The translations under genes were made by a program, and so were the position numbers. This document shows, piece by piece, positions 1 to 8,967 of a DNA stretch of 64,000 nt (the stretch's first letter is position 1; each line of letters begins with the position of its first letter). A model generated the notes under the pieces. That model did no database searches. It was given only the letters and a program-made list of their open reading frames with translations, and was not told where the DNA came from. The stretch lies in sequence record MH791411.1. One strand, given 5' to 3'.

Positions 1-123
1 TGCATTATAATCACAATAACCATCTTCTGTAATCGTCCCTAAGAAAGCAGACTTTTTAGGAATGGATGTTTGAGCTTTAGCAGCGAATTGGCCTTTTGCT
101 AATTGTTCACGAAAACTGAGCAT
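1..123 (-). CDS. hypothetical protein, N-terminal part (runs off window)
   Basis: ATG at 123 with GGGAG RBS; frame MLSFREQLAKGQF... open to position 1; not in ORF track. Confidence 0.6.
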   Translation of the reverse strand, partial: MLSFREQLAKGQFAAKAQTSIPKKSAFLGTITEDGYCDYNA

Positions 124-168
124 AATAGTATCTCCCAAATTGTTACGAAGAACTTGTGTTCTTCATTA

Positions 169-411
169 TTATTTAGGGTTGCTCGAAACCTCTACTGAAG
201 CGATGAATGCCAAAATATCATCTTTACTGAAAGCTTCAATAATATAAGCAACCGCTTTATCGTACTGTTCTTTCTTAGTAGTGTATTCTTTCATTTTGTG
301 AATTTTACGTTGTGCTTTAACTTTTGCAGCTTCCATATCAGGCATTTTAAATTCAACACCCAATGTGTCAGCTAAATGTTTTGCACGAGATGATACTTTA
401 TCAATATTCAT
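169..411 (-). CDS. hypothetical protein
   Basis: 80 aa ORF coupled to glutaredoxin stop. Confidence 0.75.
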   Translation of the reverse strand: MNIDKVSSRAKHLADTLGVEFKMPDMEAAKVKAQRKIHKMKEYTTKKEQYDKAVAYIIEAFSKDDILAFIASVEVSSNPK

Positions 412-659
412 TAATTCCAGCGACCTTCTTTAAGACCTTCAACGAAACCAGTACAGCCACCTGGAACGTAAACATCGTTTACGAAAATTTGTGGAACCTG
501 TCGTACTGGCTCACCACATAGTTCAGATAGTTTAGCACCATCAATACCAGCGGTAACAATATCGATAAACTCCATATCAAATTTGTTATTTTCACATACT
601 GCTTTAGCAGTGTCGCAGAATTTACAACCAGTAGTGCGACCATAAATTTTAACTTTCAT
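411..659 (-). CDS. glutaredoxin (T4 NrdC/NrdH-like)
   Basis: CKFC redox motif, VRQVPQIFVND cis-Pro motif, GG motif. Confidence 0.92.
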   Translation of the reverse strand: MKVKIYGRTTGCKFCDTAKAVCENNKFDMEFIDIVTAGIDGAKLSELCGEPVRQVPQIFVNDVYVPGGCTGFVEGLKEGRWN

Positions 660-1093
660 TTCTTTTCCCTTTATTTCGTTGAAACATTGTAACAGCCTTT
701 ATTATACTGTTACACATTCGTTCAGTCAAATACTTTTGACAATCTAGTACATCAATGTACATGAACTTATCCAATTCTGGGTGACTTCTACCATATCTGT
801 TTGTGTAAGTACTTTTACACTCCAACTCTTCTGGTATAGGCTTATCTTTGGCTGTATAGAAAAATAAAACTAAACGTTTCCCCTTTCTATACGATACATC
901 ACCAAGAAACAGAAGATCATCTTCATCGATTTCATATCCTGTCTCTTCGTAGCATTCACGTACAGCAGCCTCTTTAAATGTTTCTGTACCTTCAGTTTTA
1001 CCTTTAGGTAAGTCCCAGTGATTCTGTCCGTGTTGTATGCCCGATAAGTATCTGACCATCACGATAAAATATTATACCACAGCTATAACGCAT
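649..1093 (-). pseudogene. Nudix hydrolase with an apparent 1-nt frameshift near 1030-1034 (or sequencing error)
   Basis: Nudix box GKTEGTETFKEAAVRECYEETG in 649..1062; the expected N-terminal strand MRYSCGIIFYRDGQILIGHTT starts at ATG 1093 in another frame and joins GQNHWDLPKG if one base is removed. Confidence 0.7.
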
Positions 1094-1135
1094 AATCTTA
1101 TCTCTTTATCATCAAGTGATGTTCAGATACTAGTA

Positions 1136-1163
1136 ATTATATCAGAAGATGTTAACTTGTCCC
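1136..1163 (-). promoter_or_regulatory. putative phage promoter GGGACA-N16-TATAAT with extended -10 TG
   Basis: GGGACAagttaacatcttcTGATATAAT upstream of the Nudix ATG at 1093; same motif at five other sites. Confidence 0.65.
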
Positions 1164-1168
1164 AGCTT

Positions 1169-2284
1169 TTAGAACATTTGCTTGATTGCTTCAATACGCA
1201 ATTCAGCAACAAAATCACGAATCTCCGATGTTTGGAGTTCACCATCTTTCACTAACTGCTGAATATCAGGTAATTCAACATCAGTATAACGATCATAAAC
1301 TTTAATAATCAAATCTTCAAGTTCAGAATCAATTTCTTTGTTCAAAATGAAGTTTTCCAGTACTTTGTAAAGGAAATCTTCACCACCATTGTTTTTGATA
1401 TTCATATCCAGTAAGATTTGTCCCATTTCAACTGGGGTCTTCTTACGGAAGGTTTTAATATCTTCACGGAAACGCTTGATGTAATTACTAAACTTAACGT
1501 ACTTAACTGGAACCTTAATGGAACCGTTAAGTACTGAATCATTATTTACTTCTTCATTTTCAAGAAGTACTGTCCATAAGAAATATGGTTTATATTCTTC
1601 TGTACAATTTGCAGCGATAGAATCAATTAATTCCAGACGTTTCTTGGTAACTGGAACTGTAGTAAATGCCTTTTCGTAATAACCAAATTGTACCAGAGTT
1701 TTGATAAACTTGGAAGGGTTTTCTTCAGAAAGTGCTTTTTCGAATTCAACAAAAACACGATCTGGAACTAGATGGTCTAGTTCACCAGTACTAACCATAT
1801 CTTTACACATTGTCATAGTATCATCATGGATTGTAAAGTCGGAGTAACGCGTAGCGAAACGGGCCAAACGTAGAACACGCAATGGATCTTCTTTAAAGTG
1901 TTCTGATACATGACGAAGTACTTTGTTCTTGATATCAGCTTTCCCGCCATAAGGGTCGATGTGAATCTGGAGTACTGGATCATATGCAATACTATTGATT
2001 GTGAGATCACGACGATATAGATCTTGTTCTAGTGTCACACCTTTTGTATTCACTTCGAAGCCACCATATCCAGTACCAGTTTTACGCTCAGTACGGGCTA
2101 ATGCGTGTTCATTACCTTCTGGACTTAGATATACAGGGAAATCCTTACCTACTTGCTTGTATCCAATACTTTGCAAGTATTTAATATCGGATTCGGTAGC
2201 ACCGACAATAACATAATCTTTGTCTTTTGCACGGATACCCATTAAACGGTCACGAACGTAGCCACCAACCAAATACTTTTTCAT
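1169..2284 (-). CDS. cca: tRNA nucleotidyltransferase (CCA-adding enzyme, class II)
   Basis: YLVGGYVRD, DKDYV, VGKDFPV, ALARTERK, DLYRRDLTINSIA, EDPLRVLRLARF motifs. Confidence 0.96.
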   Translation of the reverse strand: MKKYLVGGYVRDRLMGIRAKDKDYVIVGATESDIKYLQSIGYKQVGKDFPVYLSPEGNEHALARTERKTGTGYGGFEVNTKGVTLEQDLYRRDLTINSIAYDPVLQIHIDPYGGKADIKNKVLRHVSEHFKEDPLRVLRLARFATRYSDFTIHDDTMTMCKDMVSTGELDHLVPDRVFVEFEKALSEENPSKFIKTLVQFGYYEKAFTTVPVTKKRLELIDSIAANCTEEYKPYFLWTVLLENEEVNNDSVLNGSIKVPVKYVKFSNYIKRFREDIKTFRKKTPVEMGQILLDMNIKNNGGEDFLYKVLENFILNKEIDSELEDLIIKVYDRYTDVELPDIQQLVKDGELQTSEIRDFVAELRIEAIKQMF

Positions 2285-2285
2285 A

Positions 2286-2408
2286 TCATTCCCCCATCAA
2301 CCAATCACGTAGACGTTCCCAGAAGCCTTTTGGCTGATATTCTGGATATTCATATTCATCTGTTCCTTGCTCGGAAACACCCCAATCTTCTTCTAATACT
2401 GTAATCAC
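2286..2408 (-). CDS. 40-aa acidic peptide with C-terminal amphipathic helix (paralog A)
   Basis: GGAGG RBS plus GTG start; MITVLEEDWGVSEQGTDEYEYPEYQPKGFWERLRDWLMGE; paralog at 3418..3543. Confidence 0.75.
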   Translation of the reverse strand: MITVLEEDWGVSEQGTDEYEYPEYQPKGFWERLRDWLMGE

Positions 2409-2419
2409 AATGCCTCCAA

Positions 2420-2863
2420 TTAAATTAATCTATCACGTAGACGGTCGTAATATTTTGCATGTATATCTAGTATACACTGAAATGATGGATAGTCAATACT
2501 AAATGTATCATCAATGAACATGTACTGAAGAAGTGTTTCTGGTCCATTATCAACAACTGGTAATGTCCCTTCTTTTTTTGATAGGGTGTGCCACATCAAC
2601 TCACTTTCAATATGGTGAGTTGCGTATGTCAATTCAATCTTACTTTTTCGTAGTAAAATTAACAATTCATCATTGTCATCGAGTGCATTACGAAATTTAA
2701 TACGAACTGTACCCTGGAAATTATTAGTGTACATAACACGATGATGATTGTATGAAATTAAACCACGTCTTTCAGTACTGATTTCATGTTCAGCAAAGTA
2801 CTTTAACGTTTCATTAAATTTTGGAATTTTACTTGCGTCCACCAATGTAATCCTCATATACAT
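2420..2863 (-). CDS. hypothetical protein (paralog family, C-terminal LQY-FIDDTF motif)
   Basis: shares LQYxFIDDTF with 2829..3242. Confidence 0.75.
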   Translation of the reverse strand: MYMRITLVDASKIPKFNETLKYFAEHEISTERRGLISYNHHRVMYTNNFQGTVRIKFRNALDDNDELLILLRKSKIELTYATHHIESELMWHTLSKKEGTLPVVDNGPETLLQYMFIDDTFSIDYPSFQCILDIHAKYYDRLRDRLI

Positions 2864-3242
2864 GATATACGTTCATTATACTATTATATAGTTCAAAGTC
2901 AAATCCAAATGTGTCATCAATGAACTGGTATTGCAGATATTCTTCATATGAAGCATCAATTGGTAATGATCCAGCACGAATATCATCTGATTTAAAATCG
3001 TCAATGTATCTTAATGTTATGTCTTCATCAACAGTAATATCTATCATCAACGTATCGTCACTGTACCAAAGGTTATGTATACGGATGTAAAGTTTCTTAG
3101 CACGATTAAAACTAGATACATTGGTATTGCGATGGAGTTTATCTAAGTTGAAGTAAAAACCAGGCTCGTTTTTACTTATGTTTTTCATATGTTCTGCAAT
3201 CGAATCAATTATATAATCAATGTTGAATGTTCTCATAAACAA
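2829..3242 (-). CDS. hypothetical protein (paralog family)
   Basis: YLQYQFIDDTF shared with 2420..2863. Confidence 0.75.
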   Translation of the reverse strand: MFMRTFNIDYIIDSIAEHMKNISKNEPGFYFNLDKLHRNTNVSSFNRAKKLYIRIHNLWYSDDTLMIDITVDEDITLRYIDDFKSDDIRAGSLPIDASYEEYLQYQFIDDTFGFDFELYNSIMNVYHVYEDYIGGRK

Positions 3243-3418
3243 ATCTCATAGCGGTTTGTGTTTGGATTGTAGCAATAGGTATCATTAATTTTAACACCAG
3301 GTTTAAGTGTTATTGTTGTTCCTACTTCAGTACTGGGTTCTGCATCACAATAAATCATCACACCAACGCCACAGATTAAAGCTAAGATACAAATAATAGC
3401 ACATATTGTATATTCCAT
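3233..3418 (-). CDS. small membrane protein
   Basis: hydrophobic N-terminus MEYTICAIICILALICGVGV; start overlaps TGA of upstream peptide. Confidence 0.7.
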   Translation of the reverse strand: MEYTICAIICILALICGVGVMIYCDAEPSTEVGTTITLKPGVKINDTYCYNPNTNRYEICL

Positions 3419-3543
3419 CACTCCCCCATCAGCCAATCAAAGAGACGTTCCAAGAAGCCATTAGGCTTGTATTCTGGTTCTTTGTTCACGTCGGTTTCTT
3501 GTTCATAAACACCCAAATCTTCTTCAAGTATAATTGTATTCAT
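3418..3543 (-). CDS. 41-aa acidic peptide with C-terminal amphipathic helix (paralog B)
   Basis: MNTIILEEDLGVYEQETDVNKEPEYKPNGFLERLFDWLMGE; start overlaps upstream stop; paralog of 2286..2408. Confidence 0.75.
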   Translation of the reverse strand: MNTIILEEDLGVYEQETDVNKEPEYKPNGFLERLFDWLMGE

Positions 3544-3926
3544 TATATATTATACTCTATTATACCATCATCACTTTCACCAGACAACCACTTAATGTAA
3601 TTTACTTTGTAGAAATTAATCAATGCATAAGTGCTGTACTCAATCAACAAGTGATCTCTCAAGAATTCGTCTTGAGCATATCCATCTTCATCCAAATCTG
3701 TTGGAATATCAGTTTCTTTGTCTTGAATGTGTAAAGTTATTGTGTCTTTTGTTATACAAATTGTTATATGATTACAAATAGTAATGATGATTATGCTATA
3801 TGTTCTATTGAAATATATTGTGAAATCTTCATTAATATTATATCTTCGACTTTCTTCATATTTCTGATATGGGTCGAAATGTGATAAATTAACTTTAATT
3901 AATGTATTTCTCAACTTACACCTCAA
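3543..3926 (-). CDS. hypothetical protein
   Basis: 127 aa ORF in packed run. Confidence 0.65.
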   Translation of the reverse strand: MRCKLRNTLIKVNLSHFDPYQKYEESRRYNINEDFTIYFNRTYSIIIITICNHITICITKDTITLHIQDKETDIPTDLDEDGYAQDEFLRDHLLIEYSTYALINFYKVNYIKWLSGESDDGIIEYNI

Positions 3927-4307
3927 TCATATAAAGTAATTATACATTTTATTGTACAATATAAAAAGGTCTTTAACATTATCATAAGTAATATCAGATA
4001 CATCATGAATTAATGATAACTGGAAAAATGATGCTTCGTCTATCTCTACTGGGATTATAACATCATAGTCTTCGTCAATTTTATGGGTGTAGTATTTTAT
4101 GTGATCAGCATTCAACACAAGGTTGTATTTTGTATCATCTTCAATTAATCCGACAAATTGAGATTTTTGATTAATAAAAAATCCAATCCCAACACAACGG
4201 TTATCTGGATATGGATAGTACCATCTATTAATAACTAGGTGTTCAGGTAAGTCCATATCATGTGTTGATATTAAAGATTTTACAATTCCCATCCAGGAAT
4301 AATTCAT
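3927..4307 (-). CDS. hypothetical protein (DE-xFFQ paralog family)
   Basis: EIDEASFFQL C-terminal motif; GGAG RBS. Confidence 0.75.
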   Translation of the reverse strand: MNYSWMGIVKSLISTHDMDLPEHLVINRWYYPYPDNRCVGIGFFINQKSQFVGLIEDDTKYNLVLNADHIKYYTHKIDEDYDVIIPVEIDEASFFQLSLIHDVSDITYDNVKDLFILYNKMYNYFI

Positions 4308-4322
4308 AATTAAAACTCCATA

Positions 4323-4350
4323 AGAAAAGGGACAGAATAATCTCTGTCCC
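4323..4350 (-). terminator. intrinsic terminator
   Basis: GGGACAGA/TCTGTCCC stem followed by U-tract on minus strand. Confidence 0.8.
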
Positions 4351-4361
4351 TTTATTATATC

Positions 4362-4694
4362 TTACTCTTCGTCTTCAGTCAAGTCTTCTTGAACTGGATG
4401 TTCGGGGTGGTTACGGCGATGCAATTTGATGCTTTTGTCTTTACCTAAGACAGTTTCCATTTTTTCAAATGAATCACCAATTGCTTTGTATAAATCTGCA
4501 TCATCGGCGGTGACAATCTTACCACCTGATGTTAAAGTTACGGAATATTGATTCTTATGCTCTTTCTTCACATGAACACCGATATAAAGTACTGAAGAAT
4601 CACTAAACTTCGTTAGTGCATTTGCTTCTGCATGAATCGCGTCATTGATTGCTGGAGTAATATCAACATTACCTTGGATAACTAAATCTAGCAT
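4362..4694 (-). CDS. hpf: ribosome hibernation promoting factor HPF/RaiA (S30AE)-like protein
   Basis: I-GN-VDIT-AI start and D-DLYKAI-DSFEKME-L-K pattern typical of HPF. Confidence 0.8.
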   Translation of the reverse strand: MLDLVIQGNVDITPAINDAIHAEANALTKFSDSSVLYIGVHVKKEHKNQYSVTLTSGGKIVTADDADLYKAIGDSFEKMETVLGKDKSIKLHRRNHPEHPVQEDLTEDEE

Positions 4695-4719
4695 AATTTA
4701 CCTACCTTTTTTTTTAGTT

Positions 4720-5646
4720 TTAAAGATTACTAACTAACAATTCTGCACGGTTTCCTACTTGACGATACCATAGAGAATTCTTAATTTCTTTTTTGAACTT
4801 GTTATTATTTTGATTATCAACGCTTTTCCATAATTTATTGAAAGTATTTAACTTATCAACTCCTAATGTAAATGCCATCTCAAATAAAATTCGTTGTTGT
4901 TCAGCCGTAAGGTTTGTTGCATTTCTTTTCTTCAATAATAAAACTAAATCATTATTAGTTCGTTCCATGTCAGACAATAAAAGTTTATGTGCTTGTGACT
5001 TCGTAATACCATTACGATACTTACTTGCATCTGATTCTTTCTTTCCAAGATAATGTCCGTACCCAATAGTGAAGTTACCTTTTATATCACGATACGGATA
5101 AAATTTAGAATTTCGATATGGAACTCCAACTTTCCCACCAAGTAAACGTCGTTTGTTCTTGGACTGAAATTCAATAGAACCTTCAGCTTCTTTGATGTGA
5201 TTGACAATTTCTGGATCTTTATAATCAAACAGTACAGTCACATCTGGTAACAATACGTGCTTCAAATCCTCTTTTGTTGGGATAAAGATACCCTGAGAAG
5301 TATGAAGAGTTGCATTTAAGTTGATGTTCTTCAACAAAATGACATAATCTTCAATCTGTACATTTTTAGGTTTAAATTTCTGTGCAATAGAATAATAACT
5401 ATCACCAGGTTGAACCGTATAATGTTTCTCGCTGCTTGGAACTGCTTTTGGTACTGACACCTGTGGTAGTTCCTGCTTTTGAATTTGCGTAACTTGTGGT
5501 TTTAAATTATGCACCTGACTTTCGTCTAATGATGATGCACGATCACTTTGAGAAAAACCATAAAATCCAATCGCAGCGAATAGGGCTGATGAAACTAATA
5601 CGCCTACGGCAATTTTAGTTTTCAGTTCTTTTTTCGCTTTTTTCAA
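4720..5646 (-). CDS. membrane-anchored LysM plus T4-type (GH24-like) lysozyme
   Basis: N-terminal TM segment; LysM HYTVQPGDSYYSIAQKF; EAEG...YRDIKGNFTIGYGH catalytic pattern; probable TTG start at 5646 after GGAGG. Confidence 0.85.
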   Translation of the reverse strand: MKKAKKELKTKIAVGVLVSSALFAAIGFYGFSQSDRASSLDESQVHNLKPQVTQIQKQELPQVSVPKAVPSSEKHYTVQPGDSYYSIAQKFKPKNVQIEDYVILLKNINLNATLHTSQGIFIPTKEDLKHVLLPDVTVLFDYKDPEIVNHIKEAEGSIEFQSKNKRRLLGGKVGVPYRNSKFYPYRDIKGNFTIGYGHYLGKKESDASKYRNGITKSQAHKLLLSDMERTNNDLVLLLKKRNATNLTAEQQRILFEMAFTLGVDKLNTFNKLWKSVDNQNNNKFKKEIKNSLWYRQVGNRAELLVSNL

Positions 5647-5813
5647 AACGCCTCCTTTGTTGGTTGTTAACAATGAGCAATCACAAAGAGGGCAAAGAGG
5701 CCATTTGCAAAAGCCTCATTGGACTTTCTACAGTACTCAGTTGTTCTTTGGAACATTTAAGTAGTATAGCATACTTTTTAGTTATATCAAGACCTATTTA
5801 CCAAATAACCACA

Positions 5814-6224
5814 TTAATCGTAGTATGTTCTACCAATGGTGATGTGATATTTGAAATATTTAGATGCCAAACCCAGTTCATTACGAATATGTGCAATGAA
5901 ATCATCTTCAAACTCTATGATAAAGAATGACCCAGGTTTCTTATTGTCTTTTACTTCTTCGATGAAAGGATCGAACTTAATCTTAACTTTCATACCATCG
6001 TACTTTTTCCAGTACTCTGGATTTGGTGGCACTTCACCACGAACGATACTGACATGTGCTCCCCATTGTGGGTCTTTAATATCAATATGTAAGTCAGTTC
6101 TGATGAAGTACTGGTAGTATCGAACCAACTGTAATGGAAGTTGCAGTACTAACCAGAAGTCCTTCTTCTTTTTCATAGTGCCACGATCTGGATCATACAC
6201 CAGAGTTCCTTCCATTTCAATCAT
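5814..6224 (-). CDS. 2H phosphoesterase superfamily protein
   Basis: two HxS/T motifs (AHVSI, YHITI) about 70 aa apart. Confidence 0.7.
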   Translation of the reverse strand: MIEMEGTLVYDPDRGTMKKKKDFWLVLQLPLQLVRYYQYFIRTDLHIDIKDPQWGAHVSIVRGEVPPNPEYWKKYDGMKVKIKFDPFIEEVKDNKKPGSFFIIEFEDDFIAHIRNELGLASKYFKYHITIGRTYYD

Positions 6225-6231
6225 ATTTTAC

Positions 6232-6435
6232 CTATAAATTTACATATATATTTTTATTTTCAATACGAACATAAGTTTCTAAAACATCTTTCGGAATTTT
6301 ATTACTTGTTTTGTACCATGTAGTATTATCTACTAAAACAAAAGTTTCACCTTCAGTTTCACCAAATGTACTTAGTGCATAAATGAAGTAGTTTGGTGAT
6401 GCACTACAATAAACATCAGCATTAATTTCAATCAT
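6232..6435 (-). CDS. hypothetical protein
   Basis: 67 aa ORF in packed run. Confidence 0.65.
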   Translation of the reverse strand: MIEINADVYCSASPNYFIYALSTFGETEGETFVLVDNTTWYKTSNKIPKDVLETYVRIENKNIYVNL

Positions 6436-6438
6436 ATT

Positions 6439-6570
6439 TTACACCACAATAAAGCTTAATACAACGAGTGTAATAAACACACCCACAATGGCGGTCATTT
6501 CAGGGTTAGCATCGTATGTATAACGGATGCACTTTAGAAAATCTTTACCAAACTTTTTTAGTCCATTCAT
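6439..6570 (-). CDS. 43-aa membrane peptide
   Basis: MNGLKKFGKDFLKCIRYTYDANPEMTAIVGVFITLVVLSFIVV fills intergenic gap; AGGA RBS; not in ORF track. Confidence 0.65.
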   Translation of the reverse strand: MNGLKKFGKDFLKCIRYTYDANPEMTAIVGVFITLVVLSFIVV

Positions 6571-6581
6571 ATATTTTCCTT

Positions 6582-6938
6582 TCATTTCTTGTGTAAAGGG
6601 TCGGCACTTTCATAATAGATTGTATCATTGTTTCGCTCAATAGTAAAACTCTTTTGACACAACTCTTCAGCTAAACCCTTAGCATAGTTTAATACATCTC
6701 GGTTGAGATATACTTCTTCTTTTGGGAAGCGTGGGTACTGAATAATACGAGCACACATTCCACTTTCAAGACCACCCGTGTAGATGTATTCACACGGAAT
6801 CAATTGTACACAAAATCCAAGCTTGAATGCAAACTTTCGTGTGTACTCTCTTGCTGTTTGGATATCACCAGCAATATGAATATTCCAGTACTGTGTTTCA
6901 ACTGTACCTTTGTCGATGTATTTCATACTCATCTCCAA
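6582..6938 (-). CDS. hypothetical protein
   Basis: 118 aa ORF. Confidence 0.75.
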   Translation of the reverse strand: MEMSMKYIDKGTVETQYWNIHIAGDIQTAREYTRKFAFKLGFCVQLIPCEYIYTGGLESGMCARIIQYPRFPKEEVYLNRDVLNYAKGLAEELCQKSFTIERNNDTIYYESADPLHKK

Positions 6939-6955
6939 TTATAGCATAAAAAATC

Positions 6956-7351
6956 CTACTTGCCCAAATCTTCTATAATTCTTTTTATGATATCATTGTT
7001 TTCCAGACATAAAGTACTGAAATTTCTACCTGTTTTTTCATTGAGTTCATTAATCTCAAGCATAAGATAACCATAAGTGATATCTTGGACCCTACTTCGT
7101 TTTACCCTTGAGTACAGTCTGATGGGTACAGATACACGAGTATTCAAAAAGAATTCTGATAAATCATAACGATATACCAGGTATTCATTCTTGTAACGTT
7201 TACGACTGTACGATTCTAAACACTGTGGGAAACGTCTATCAAACATACTACTTCTTAGTTGAAGTGTGATTGGATCTAACTTATGCGAGAAATACTTTTT
7301 GATTATTTTATTAAATCTTGTTACATGTCGTTTACGCCATCTCATAATCAA
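6956..7351 (-). CDS. hypothetical protein
   Basis: 131 aa ORF, coupled overlap. Confidence 0.7.
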   Translation of the reverse strand: MIMRWRKRHVTRFNKIIKKYFSHKLDPITLQLRSSMFDRRFPQCLESYSRKRYKNEYLVYRYDLSEFFLNTRVSVPIRLYSRVKRSRVQDITYGYLMLEINELNEKTGRNFSTLCLENNDIIKRIIEDLGK

Positions 7352-7791
7352 ACCTTAAAAAATATAATAGGAAAGTATTTTGTTTCCGAATCTGAAATAC
7401 TGTTACAGTAATCTTTCAATTCATCATGGATAACATTCAAATGAATAGTAGGATAGTTCATAGGTTTCTGTACTGGGCCAGTGGCATATACGCAATCTGT
7501 TCTATCCCAACTTACATATTGGGTTGGGTAATTATCTTTAGTACGTTCTTCAATAATAATATTATATTCTGGTGTATTGAATATATACATATCACATTGT
7601 GAAATGTACTGAACATTAAAATCACCGTCAGTGAGATGGATCATGTTCCCATCGCAATATAAGCATGATGGTTCAGTGTATCCTAAAATTGAAGATAAAG
7701 TTCTGAAGTTTGCTCCTGGACCCAAATATACCAAATTCGTGTGTAAACAAATATCAATGAAACGTTTGAAGACTTCAGTTTCGTTATGCAT
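7348..7791 (-). CDS. hypothetical protein
   Basis: 147 aa ORF. Confidence 0.75.
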   Translation of the reverse strand: MHNETEVFKRFIDICLHTNLVYLGPGANFRTLSSILGYTEPSCLYCDGNMIHLTDGDFNVQYISQCDMYIFNTPEYNIIIEERTKDNYPTQYVSWDRTDCVYATGPVQKPMNYPTIHLNVIHDELKDYCNSISDSETKYFPIIFFKV

Positions 7792-7834
7792 ATAGATACC
7801 TTAAAAAGACCCCACATAGTGAGGTCAAACACTT

Positions 7835-8059
7835 TTAAACGTTATCATCATCCAAAGCTTCACGGTAAACATAATAAACATGCGTACCTAGAAGAACAAT
7901 GAGTACAATGAATACTAACCAGAATGGTACAAAATGCAGTACAAGTGCAAATGCCATTACGGTAATAACCATCACTACTGAACTAAAAATAAGACTAGTC
8001 GCTTTTTTAAATCCAGATAGTACATCATTCAAAACGCGTTTCATAAATGAATCAACCAT
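7835..8059 (-). CDS. small membrane protein
   Basis: two hydrophobic segments. Confidence 0.7.
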   Translation of the reverse strand: MVDSFMKRVLNDVLSGFKKATSLIFSSVVMVITVMAFALVLHFVPFWLVFIVLIVLLGTHVYYVYREALDDDNV

Positions 8060-8636
8060 TTTTATTCCTCATATAATCCATATAGCAAGTTCTGCATAGA
8101 CTCTTGTATGATTCATCACCACCAATAAAGACTTTATCAGTACTTTCAACTATACGGGCATTCATAGTGGCTTCTTTGCCACACTTCTGATTCTCACACA
8201 CGTTCTTAAGTTCATGTATGTCATCAGCTATTTCGAACAGTCTTTGTGAACCTTCAAAAAGATTGGATTCAAAATCTGTTCGTATTCCATAACAGGAAAC
8301 ATCAACACCATAATTATCTGCTATATCAGCTAAATGGTCAATTTGTTCTCTGTTTAAAAATTGACATTCATCAACATAGATACTGTTAATGTCAACGTCA
8401 TTTTTGAGTGTTTCTTTAACTTTAAGAAGAACACTAATGTCATTTTTTGGAATTACTTCAGCCACAGCTTCGATGCCAATTCTTGAAGTAATCTTTCCTG
8501 TTCCATAACGATCATCAAGTGCACTGGTTAAGTAAATTACCTTCATTCCATTTTTCTTATGGTTATATGCTTTTTGTAAAAGATGAGTACTTTTACCACT
8601 AGACATACTACCATAGTAATATACTAATTTACCCAT
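8052..8636 (-). CDS. tdk: thymidine kinase
   Basis: YYYGSMSSGKST P-loop, VDECQF, YGIRTDF, Cys pairs, GGDESY. Confidence 0.96.
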   Translation of the reverse strand: MGKLVYYYGSMSSGKSTHLLQKAYNHKKNGMKVIYLTSALDDRYGTGKITSRIGIEAVAEVIPKNDISVLLKVKETLKNDVDINSIYVDECQFLNREQIDHLADIADNYGVDVSCYGIRTDFESNLFEGSQRLFEIADDIHELKNVCENQKCGKEATMNARIVESTDKVFIGGDESYKSLCRTCYMDYMRNKNG

Positions 8637-8967
8637 TTTTAATCCTTAAGTACGTGTGCTTACATTTTAATCTATTACCATAGGATGAAATTGGGATATT
8701 GAACATTTCTATTTTACCCTCTTTTAAAAGACGTAAAATATCTGGATCGTTTTTGGTTTGTACACAATGAAGACCATTGACTTGAATTTCTAAACCATTC
8801 TTCAGAAATTCATAAATCTTCTGTCTACGCTTCCCACCGAAACTTTCATTTCGGATAACATCTCTTAGGTCTTTATATTCTTGTTTTAATTTCCTGTCAA
8901 AAAGTGTTCCATCTTTCTTTCTGATTTCTTCAATACACTTATATTGAGTTTGTCCTCTAAGAGCCAT
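8629..8967 (-). CDS. hypothetical protein
   Basis: 112 aa ORF, coupled. Confidence 0.7.
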   Translation of the reverse strand: MALRGQTQYKCIEEIRKKDGTLFDRKLKQEYKDLRDVIRNESFGGKRRQKIYEFLKNGLEIQVNGLHCVQTKNDPDILRLLKEGKIEMFNIPISSYGNRLKCKHTYLRIKNG

